DNA of 20,000 nucleotides, from contig NW_008246143.1 of the NCBI RefSeq assembly GCF_000281045.1, positions 133,092 to 153,091 on the forward strand. Direction: 5' to 3'. A program made the position numbers and the translations under genes. The DNA is from Saprolegnia diclina VS20 (lineage: Eukaryota). A model generated the notes under the pieces. The model ran no database searches. It worked only from the letters and a program-made list of their open reading frames with translations, and was not told the DNA's origin. This document shows positions 1 to 8,803 of this stretch, one piece after another; position 1 is the stretch's first letter, and every line of letters begins with the position of its first letter.

Positions 1-20
1 CCAATTCGTTTCCAATGTAG

Positions 21-2057
21 GCCAGTGTATGGCTCCTACTGGCGGCGCTTGGGGCCAAAACGGTGCTGGCCGCGCAGTCGACGACGTTCGCTGCGTTCCT
101 TGGCGACATGCGCAGTTACGTGACGCTTCTGCCCGACGTCATCTTGCCAAGTTTCCAAGTACAGTCCGCGCCTCTCTCGTGTTCTGAAGGACTGTAGAAA
201 CTGCACGTCTTGTACGTCGTCCAGGCCTTCTCGACGGTCGGCACCATGCTTCTCACGGGCCTCTGTGCTGCCTACGCGCTGCACCACTGGACGACGTACC
301 ACAGGTCGCGGACTGCCCTGCGTCTCGGGTACGGTCTCTCGTTCGTGCTGCCGTACGCAGTTCTGCTCTTCCTTCCGATTCGCTCGTGGTATCAATACAT
401 CTCAAAGTCAACTTCGGAGATCCTCTGTAGCATCAACTTCAACGACATTCGCCTCGAAGCATGCGACGCACTCGCCTCGCTGCTTTCCCGCCAAGCAGCG
501 CTACGCCACGTGAACTTCTCGCCGAGCCAGGTCTGCAACGAATTTATCAATGCGCCGCAGTGGGTGCGTCGCGACTCGTTTGAGTTTACGACGACGAGAA
601 GCAAGCGTAGGGCGACCAGCTCCTGCGCTCGCTCGAGACCATGGGCGTCCTCAAGAACAACACGACGCGTGTCTGCCTCAACGTCTACGCCGTCGCCAAC
701 GCGAGTGCTCACCAGACGGCGCATGCAGCGTGCAGCGAACCTGCCTGCGCCGCCTGCCTTGCCGACACCACGTGCATCAGCATGGGACTTGTCTACATGT
801 ACAACCCGTCGGCGTTGGAGACAGCGCACCCCGCGTGCGCTGCGTGCTTTGCGTCGTCGTGCATGCGCGACTGTCTCCACGCGTCCTTGCCGCCGCTCCT
901 CTCGCAAGCGCCAGGTACATCACGATCGCAGCCGTCGTTGTCACGTCGGATGGCTAGAGCTATGCCTTCCGGATGCGGTCGTTGACGCCATCAAGGCCCT
1001 CGGCACGTTCCAGTCGAGTAGCGACTATGCAGAGTTCCTCCTCGGCGTCCTTGTCGGTACGCACTAATCGGTTGTGTCAAACTAAGAGCGGCGCAGGGCT
1101 CTCGTCGCTGCAGACACTCGTACCCCAGAGCATGTCACTCCTCTTTGGTTGCATCCGTGGCGCCAAGCTCACCAAGACCCTCGTGCCCTACTCGCGCCTG
1201 CCCGGCTACGGCATTGGCGCCGCCATCCTTCTTTGCACGCCGATGCTCACGACATTTCTTATCGCGATCCACCAGGCCTTTGGCAACCTCTGGTGCTTCC
1301 CACCCGCGCTGGGATGGAGGCTCACGGACGGTAGGAGCGTCGCGACGATTCTCGTCTACCTCGCGAGCATTTTCATCTGGTTTCCTGTCGGCGATCTGTC
1401 GCACGGCCTCGTCGCCGACGACAACCGCGGTCTCATGGCGCCGCAAAGCGTCCTCGCTGCCGTGCGTCGCTGCGCTTCTGGGCCACAGGCTGCAGTCTTG
1501 TTGTTGAAATAGGTGAACGAACTGGACCGGCGCCACCACATTAGCTTTTGCCTCAAACTCGCGGCGCTCGGACTCCTAGTCGTGTACGCCTCCCAGTCGG
1601 ACTTGCTGCCGCTGCTCAAGGCGCATGTGAGCTACAGTCTTCTCTTGCGGATTCTGCCCTTTTGCTTGGAGCTTCTCGGTACACGCCGTGTGCAACAACG
1701 CTTGAGCCTTCGCATAGGCAAGTCGATGATGTCGGCCGTGGTCTTCGGGGACATGTACATTGATTTTTTTCGCATCACAACGGCCGGCGACCTCCTCGAC
1801 TCGACCGAGGCAGAAGAAGAAGAAGCTCTTGTCCAGTGCTGATAGTGCAGTAGGCGATTTCGAGTCGGCGCGAGTCGGCGCTGGCGTTTGGGACGCTCAA
1901 CGCGTCGCCCCGGGGCTCGGGACTCGTGGCGCCACGACGGCCCTCGGTGAGCAACCCGGAGCTCATCCAGCGTATGGTCGCGACACTGCAAGCGACAGAC
2001 GCCCTTTGCTCCAACAGAAGCTCGCGATCGATCGCACTGCCCGCGTCGTCGTCGTAG
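21..2057 (+). CDS. Multi-pass membrane protein of unknown function, 5' end outside window, with a Cys-rich loop
   Basis: One continuous frame results from splicing GT-AG introns 159-197, 564-610, 915-957, 1057-1096, 1293-1334, 1462-1512 and 1679-1717. It has several hydrophobic segments (GTMLLTGLCAAYAL, LGYGLSFVLPYAVLLFLPI, YGIGAAILLCTPMLTTFLIAI, VATILVYLASIFIWF, LKLAALGLLVVYA). The last exon (1854-2057) needs a GC-AG intron at 1810-1853; otherwise the gene stops at 1842. Confidence 0.75.
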
Positions 2058-2089
2058 CCGAAGAAAGTCGTGTATTCGAATCAAGGGGT

Positions 2090-5000
2090 TTACATGAACT
2101 TGTACTGGATCTTCTTGTGCACTTGGCAGAGAAACTCGACGTACGACACCTCGTTCTTGGTGCGGTCTTCGACGAGCGCGGCCATGAAGCGGCCGCTGCG
2201 CCAGTCCTACTCGACAGTGGTAAATGATACGCTTCCGAGCCGTCGTACCGTCTTGGTGAGGATCTCGAGGGGCTGCATGACAGGCACCTGGGCCTGTAGG
2301 TACTGCACTATCGCGCGCACTTGGTCTCGCAATGGGCCCGCGTCCGGCGCGTCGTCCACGAGGTTGACCGACTAGACAGTGCTGCTGTTGAAAAATCGCA
2401 CAAGTGGCGAGGACGCACCTGCTCGGCCGTGTCGACGTGCTCCATGCCAAAGAGGTCGTGCAGAATATGCGACGACACTTTGGCGCCGACAAAGAGGTAT
2501 AGGAACGTCGACGAGTGCAAGAGGAAGATGCCGTACTCCTCGAGCTTCTCGGCCGTCGGCGGCAACGGCGCCGGGAGGATCATCGCGCCCTTGTCGTCCA
2601 GCGTGCCGCACTAGACACAGCCAAATGTTGTTTTCGCATGTTGTATCATATGCGCGTACGTCTTCGGGCATGTCGTGGAGCGGGTACATCTTGGGGTACA
2701 CGGCCGAGACGGCGGCTTCCACCGGGAGGTTGTTGAGGTGCGAGAGCAACGCGACGCGCTCGTCGGCGCGCACGTCGATAAAGCCACGGTTGCCCATGAC
2801 GTTGTTGCGCAGCCCGCGGCTCTTGAGCGACGCCAGCGTGTAGAGCGGCAGCAGCTTGAGCGACTCGGGCAAGATGAGCTGTCCCGACGAGCTGTTGGAC
2901 GCGCAGTACTTGCGGTAGTTGTACAGAACGTTCACGCAGTCGTCAATGAGTCGCTCCTTGACCGCTTGGCCGTTGCCGCTAGACCGTGTGTGAGCCCACA
3001 GTACGATATTTAGGATGTGTACCCCATGATGGACCGGTCCGTGACGACCTTGGCCGACATGCGCTGCCAGATCGCGCACGTCGCATCGAGGTCGGCGTTG
3101 CGGAAGACGTTGGTGACGAGGTTGGCCACCTAGCACGTTCTTGTGAGCAGAATCTGGTTGACGCCATCAACGTACCGGAAGCGCGAGGTTGTGGACGCGG
3201 ACGACGCGGACGCCGTCGAGGCGCGTGTAGAGCAGGGCGGCTTGGACGTACACTTCGCCGTCGAGCTTGTCGTCGTACGCAAACGAGACGCCGACCGCGT
3301 GGTGCGCGTCCATGCAAGCGACGCTGACTTCGTCGTCGCTCGACGCGGCGTGGCTGCCAAATACCGTCTCGACACGGAGACCGGCCGAGACGCGGATCTT
3401 CAAGACGGCCTCAAAGCCCACGTTCTTGGTCAGCTGCTGCGAGAGGAGGTTGCCGAGGTACGCCACGTGCTCCGACTTGTCCTTCTCAAACTGCGGCAGG
3501 TAGTAAGCCCGGCCGCCCGTGAGGTCGCACACGCGCGCGACGCTACGAGTCGCGTCAGTTTTCTGAAATAATATTTTGAGAACGCACTCGGCGAGGTCGG
3601 CGAACGGGTTGGCCGCGCTGTAAACGTCGACCGCGATGCAGTGCGTGGCGCACTTGCGCGCGAGCTCCTCGTAGTGCGGGTTGAGCTTGACGTTGTGCGT
3701 GTACAGCTCGACTTCTTTCGTCGTGCCATAGTGGGACGCCGGCTCTTCCTTGGTGATCTTGCCGACACCGATGCGGGGTGGGCCTGCGTGGAAGACACTC
3801 ACGCGACCTGCGACACAATGTGAGAACGATGAAAACGCTAGCTCCAAACGTACCACCGCACGCGCTAAGGGTGTCAACGACGCTCGTGAGCGCCGCGCCC
3901 GACACGGACTGGTTCTTGGTCGTCGCCGAGAAGAGCGTCGTCACCTAAGTACGTACGTTGCTTGTTGGTCCAAGCCAAGATAACAGCGTACGAGCTCCGA
4001 GAGCTCCGTGATCTTGTCGATCGCATTCGGCGCGTTCAGCGCAAGGCACCACGACTGGAACGGAAGCGGCGCCGCGGGGTCGTCAATGTCGGGGCACACG
4101 CACATCGAGATCGACCCTTCCTTGTCCATGCGATAGTAATGTACCTAGTCAATCGAATGCTGACGGATGCGATACTCTATCGCAAGTACCGCCGTGTCAA
4201 ACGTGACGAGACCAAACTTGGCGCGAGGGTTTTGCGCGAGCTCGGGCACGACGCGTTGGATGGCTTCGAGAACGCCCTGGACGAGGCCCGACTGAAACGC
4301 AAAGAGGGAGACGTCGAGGACGAAGACCGTGATCGGCTCCTGCGCCGGCCGCACGGCGTAGCCCTGGGGCACAACGTACTCGACCGACCCGCGCGCAAGC
4401 TCGGCGCGCTCCGTGACGTCGCGCCGGCGGCCCATTTGGTCGACGCTGCAGTAGTACTCCCGCGGCGTCTCGTTGTGGAGGTTGCAGATGTTGCACACAA
4501 ACTTGCGCCCGGCCTGGACAAACTTTGTGAACGGGTTGACGTACGCCCGGCAGCGTGTGCAGCGGAGCGGACCCGTGGGGCCAAAGTCGACAAGCGGGGG
4601 CGTCGACTCGCCCGGCTGAAGCGGCGCGAGCGGGCAAATGACAGCGCTTAGCGGAATGCCCACCTGTCGCTGCAGTTCCGACGACTCGGGCACGTGGTTG
4701 AGCGTCGGTCGAATGAAGCGCGGGTTGCAGCAGCCCTCGTCAATGCACACGAACGACGACGTCGCCGGCGGCGGCATTGTCATCGTGTGACCCTTGGCCA
4801 CGTACGTAATTGTCTCGGCACTCACGTTCGGGCGCGGAATCTGCGTCGGATCTATGCGTTGCTGCGGCGCCGGCGCCGTGCGAGGCTGCGCAGGCTGGCC
4901 AGGTTGCTGTGGAGGAAAACCTGGCTGGCCTTGCTGGTGCGGTGGATAGCCTGGCTGGCCTTGCTGGTGCGGTGGATAGCCTGGCTGGCCTTGCTGGTGC

Positions 5001-6022
5001 GGTGGATAGCCTGGCTGGCCTGGCTGGTGCGGTGGATAGCCTGGCTGCTGCGGGGGGAAACCTGGCTGGCCTGGCTGCTGCGGCGGGTACCCGGGCGGAC
5101 CCTGCGAGTAGCCAGGCTGGGGAGGTCCTTGCTGCTGCGGCGGGTATCCTTGGGGAGGCAGTTGACTCGAAGGCATCTGAGGAAGCTGGTGCATTCCTGG
5201 AGGACCTTGTGCGTACGGGCCACGAGCCATTGCACCTTGCGTTGGCGGACCTATGGCCACGTCGATACAGACGACGTGATGAGCGCAAGGAAGCCGTACC
5301 TTGCGCCTGATGAAACGGAGGTCCGGGAGTAAACTGCGGGACGCCATGCGCTGGCTGCATTGCGGCGCCTGTAAAGCAAGGTTTCGACCGATTCGCCAAG
5401 AACGAAAAGCCAACCGTTCGACGACGGCGGACCCCGCGGAGCAAATCCCTGAGGCGCAGCATGCATGGGTGCACCTGGCGGCCCATTGCTCGGAAGTCCG
5501 TTCGGGGGCATGCGACCTAGACAAGTCGACATATCCATGATCTTCCTGCGTCTCCAAACCAGAACGTACCCGCAGACGGAGGGCCGTACGAGCCGGGTGC
5601 ATTACCCGACGGCGGACCAAACGTATTCGGCGCAGTGTTTGGCGGCTGGCCAAACGGCTGACTCGGCGGTCCACGCGGGTTGAAGCCGCCATTGCTCGGC
5701 GGGCCAAAGTTGCCACCCGGCGCACCTTGCGAGGGTGGGCCTGAACCTGCAGTGTTACAATGGATCGTGCTTTGTCACTCGCTACCTTGTGCATATGGGC
5801 CACGCGGAGCCTCTAAGCATTGCGCATGAGCCATCGAGTGCCACACAAGAAGCCACGTACGTTGAAATGGCGACGATTGCGACGGCGGGCCTACAGATGC
5901 TTGAGATATGGTGAGCGCACGCTGCAGGCCTACCTGAGAAGGGCGCGCCTCCGCGCGGGAAGTTGCCACCTACGACGCTTGAGCCTCAGCGAGCGCATCA
6001 GCGACGTACCAGGATGGGCCAT
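2090..6022 (-). CDS. SEC24: COPII coat cargo adaptor Sec24 (probably Sec24C/D-like), 17 exons
   Basis: Pro/Gly/Gln-rich N-terminus, then [10 protein letters not shown], zinc finger [14 protein letters not shown]...FVCNIC, trunk VFVLDVS, beta-sandwich [14 protein letters not shown]...YVQAALLYT...VRVHNLALP, helical [14 protein letters not shown], and C-terminus [28 protein letters not shown] (TAA at 2090-2092). ATG at 6022-6020. Sixteen GT-AG introns of about 39-53 nt restore one frame. Confidence 0.96.
4921..5040 (-). repeat. Coding tandem repeat, 4 x 30 bp ([10 protein letters not shown]) in the Sec24 N-terminal region
   Basis: ctggctggccttgctggtgcggtggatagc occurs exactly at 4921, 4951 and 4981, and with one substitution at 5011. 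Degenerate copies flank it (about 4890-5145). Confidence 0.95.
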
Positions 6023-6092
6023 CACGGTCGTTCACACGCTATGAGGGCAATATATTGACGTTGGCCCCTCACGGCTTGGCTGTCGTGTTCTC

Positions 6093-6105
6093 ATTGGTCA
6101 AAATG
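6093..6105. promoter_or_regulatory. CCAAT-box-like element ATTGGTCAAAATG in the SEC24 / START-FYVE divergent intergenic region
   Basis: Reverse CCAAT core 70 bp upstream of the SEC24 ATG. The identical 13-mer occurs at 8721-8733 in another divergent promoter. Confidence 0.55.
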
Positions 6106-6173
6106 TGTACCTCCAGAATTGGATTCTATATCATCTTCCACAGGCTTCTCGATTTACCAGAAACACGGTAGAA

Positions 6174-6197
6174 TATCCGGACAGGCGTATCCGGATA
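6174..6197. promoter_or_regulatory. Tandem TATCCGGA / TATCCGGATA palindromic motif
   Basis: Copies at 6174-6181 and 6188-6197. The same motif lies upstream of three other genes. Confidence 0.45.
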
Positions 6198-6393
6198 GGA
6201 TCCGATCTTGGCCCTTGACAATCTCGTTTGGCACTTGACCATCTCGCAAATTCAGTCGAGCACGACAACAACGTCATAACGGCAGCGGTCAACGCGGCCG
6301 TGGTCCTCGATGAGGTTACTACTGCTGTTGCAATAGGTTATGCCACGCGCTCAGGTTCATCGATGGTTTCGATTGTCGAGAGCCCTTGTGTTC

Positions 6394-6407
6394 GCACTCC
6401 GCAAAGT
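6394..6407 (+). promoter_or_regulatory. Oomycete Inr/FPR-like core promoter
   Basis: gCACTCCGCAAAGT resembles the oomycete YCAYTYYNCAWT-type initiator and lies directly before the ATG at 6410. Confidence 0.4.
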
Positions 6408-6409
6408 CT

Positions 6410-7607
6410 ATGGTTTGCTGGTACAAAAATGTGTCACGACAAAAATCAGGTCACTACGACCTCTGGCAACCGGCAGCAAGGTTTGTGCTGAAATTCAGTA
6501 GAGATCCACAGCAGGCAACTCATCGAGCCTGACGTGAGTGTCGAGGACCACGACGCGCTTCTCGACCTCGCCCACCACGCGCTCAGCGACCTCATTCTGA
6601 GCGCCCGTCTTGACAAAGGTAGCAGCCTCCCGTGGGCGCCGCTGGCGTCGTACCCGTCCCAGACAAAAGTGTACATGGCGAGCGACCCTCTGGTACGCGA
6701 CGCGTTCTATGCGGGCGAAACAACGCTCGACATGCCGCTCGAGGACGCGATCGCTTTCTTCCAAGTCAACGAGAGTTGCGAGTACCTCGACCACGCGCGC
6801 TTGTTGGCGCGCAAGGCGACAGACGCGTGCGTGTTGAGCCCGCTGAGCAGCGGCAGCTGCTACGACCCTTACCACTATGTCGGCTTGCACTGGATGGCGC
6901 TGCCACCGTCGTCGAGTCTCTTTCACCACCGCGACATCTGCTACCTTGAAGCCCACGACGCATTCGACATGAGCGGCACCCGTGGCTGGGCGTGCGTCGC
7001 CACGTCGGTGCGCATGCCTTGGTTTCCGTGCCTCGAGAAGAGTCACCAGCTGCTTCGCGCGACGATGCGCCGGTCGGGGTACGTGCTCACAGAGCTCAGT
7101 GCAAGTACGACCCGCGTCGTGCACGTCATCAACATTGACATGGGCGGCCACATGCCCTCGGTGCTTGTGGGCAAGATGCTCAAGAAGCAGGCTGCGTCAG
7201 TGGCGCAGCTCGCGCACCGCATCCGGACACGAGGCACGACGGTCATGTCTCCGCCGTCGACGCATTCGCACTGCGCGTCGTGCCACACCAAGTTCCACTG
7301 CCTCAAGACCAAGGTCGAGTGCCATCGGTGCGGCGACACAGTCTGCAAGCGCTGCATTCTCGTCAACGTCCAGTGCAAGAACTGCTGCTACGGCCACCCC
7401 GACCGCGTGCGGGCGCCGACGTCTCCCGACAACAACAAGGTCGCGCATCGCCAAACGAGTCCATCGACGGTCATCGCCGAGGAAGACGACGACGAGGACT
7501 TGTCTCTGCTCCGCGTTGGCACGGAGGCGCAACCGTTGCGACGGACGTTCGTCGAAGGCGGTCGGTTCGACAGCCACGTCAGTGCCGTATCCGGATACTC
7601 TATCTAA
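6410..7607 (+). CDS. START-like lipid-binding domain plus degenerate FYVE zinc finger protein
   Basis: START-like motifs YVGLHWMAL...HHRDICYLE...GTRGWACVATSV...SGYV...VVHVINIDMGG, followed by an 8-Cys finger HCASCHTKF...VECHRCGDTVCKRC...QCKNC. Stop TAA at 7605-7607. The 5' exon is inferred (ATG 6410, intron 6450-6501), so the start is less certain. Confidence 0.85.
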
Positions 7608-7659
7608 TTATAATGCATACGATTCGAAAGCAGAGGTTTATCCAGCAGTAGCAGAAAGG

Positions 7660-7999
7660 ATGGACAAGCCGCCGGCCAGCGAGGACGCGCCGCTCGACAT
7701 CTCGTGCGCCCAATGCTTGGACGATGCGTTCAAGTGCATCAGTACGTGGACGCGATCGTAGGTAGATGATATTGGCTAATGCTGTACGTCTAGCCGTCGG
7801 CCACCAAATGACGTACTTCTACCGCCACGGCGAAGTGGACTCGTGCAATGGCCGCTGGACCGACATCCTGCGCTGCTTCCGCATCAAGACGATGAAGCCC
7901 ACCGACGCCAAAGAGTACTTGAAAGGTTCCAACATCGATCCTGAGCGTGAGCCCCACGTCGCGTCCGTCTGGAACCTCAAGCAGCGCCCGGGCTGGTAG
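7660..7999 (+). CDS. EMI1: Emi1/C22orf39 (DUF3128) family small twin-CX9C protein
   Basis: Two exons (7660-7741, 7794-7999; intron 7742-7793) give MDKPPASEDAPLDISCAQCLDDAFKCITVGHQMTYFYRHGEVDSCNGRWTDILRCFRIK...SVWNLKQRPGW. The CX9C...YRHG..CX9C...VW pattern is typical of this family. Confidence 0.85.
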
Positions 8000-8377
8000 A
8001 TCTCCTCTTGACCAGCACGACATGTCAACTTGTCGCGACACCTAAACTCCATCTAGACTGTTGTGTTTCATCGAGTCCGTCTTCACACCAGCAAGCAGTT
8101 TTCGATTGCTGGTGGTACAGATCGAGACCTTGCACGACGTCCAGGAAGTGGTGGTGGGTCCCCACGTAGCTCAGCGCGTCGAGGCAGGCCGAGGTCCCAG
8201 GGTGTTGGCTTCACTGCACTACGCTGGAGAGCAAAATAGTCCGTTGCAGCATAGGTACTCAACCTCATCGACGTGGCACAGCTGTGGACGCACTTCACAA
8301 AATAAAAGCTCGGACCAGCGTTATATCGTGTTATGGACGTGGCGGTCGAGGATTCGCAGCGCTAAATAGTTGGCGCA

Positions 8378-8638
8378 CTAGGCTTTTTCTACGTTTGCTA
8401 GCGACGAGAAGCACTGCTCTGGAGACAGTTTGGGGTGGCGGGACTCGGCGTGCGTGACGAGGACGGGCGGGCGGCTCGTGACCGAGAACGACTGGCGGCA
8501 TACGCTGCAGATGTAGGCCTCGGCGTCCGCGGCCGACTTGGCCTTGGTCTCCGACGACACGATCGATCCCTTCTTCCCCGCGGCCTTGCGCTCCTTCTCC
8601 TTCTTCTTGAGCTGCATCTGCAGCTTGTTCATCGACAT
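8378..8638 (-). CDS. Small basic C2H2 zinc-finger protein, ZNF706/At2g23090 (DUF1909)-like
   Basis: Intronless, 86 aa. Lys-rich N-terminus (LKKKEKERKAAGKKGS) followed by YICSVCRQSF...LVTHAESRHPK...EQCF. Confidence 0.88.
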   Translation of the reverse strand: MSMNKLQMQLKKKEKERKAAGKKGSIVSSETKAKSAADAEAYICSVCRQSFSVTSRPPVLVTHAESRHPKLSPEQCFSSLANVEKA

Positions 8639-8720
8639 GGTCGTCGCTTCTGGCCTTTCCTTCCGAGACTGCCTCTCGGTGGAGCCGGATTGGTGGGTTC
8701 CCCGAGCTGTCGATGCTCGT

Positions 8721-8733
8721 ATTGGTCAAAATG
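8721..8733. promoter_or_regulatory. CCAAT-box-like element in a 165-bp bidirectional promoter
   Basis: ATTGGTCAAAATG lies about midway between the divergent ATGs at 8638 and 8804. Further ATTGG/CCAAT cores occur near 8688 and 8763. Confidence 0.55.
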
Positions 8734-8803
8734 CTGCGCGTTGTGATTCGCTACCATTTGCACCAATCCACGGCCGCCGAGGATACCGAGCCAACCGACC
8801 GTG

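Noticed and set aside
4921..5040. 30-bp direct repeats as a possible CRISPR array
   Set aside because: There are no spacers, the repeats are contiguous and in-frame coding, and the context is eukaryotic.
4145..5803. 552-aa ORF as a single-exon protein
   Set aside because: Only about 4190-5250 is true Sec24 frame. The upstream part reads through introns and off-frame exons.
6429..6540. In-frame Cys-TGA (GLC*NS) joining ORF 6228-6491 to the START ORF, suggesting selenocysteine or readthrough
   Set aside because: The TGA falls within a normal-sized GT-AG intron (6450-6501), which joins an ATG at 6410 located right after an Inr-like element. No recoding is needed.
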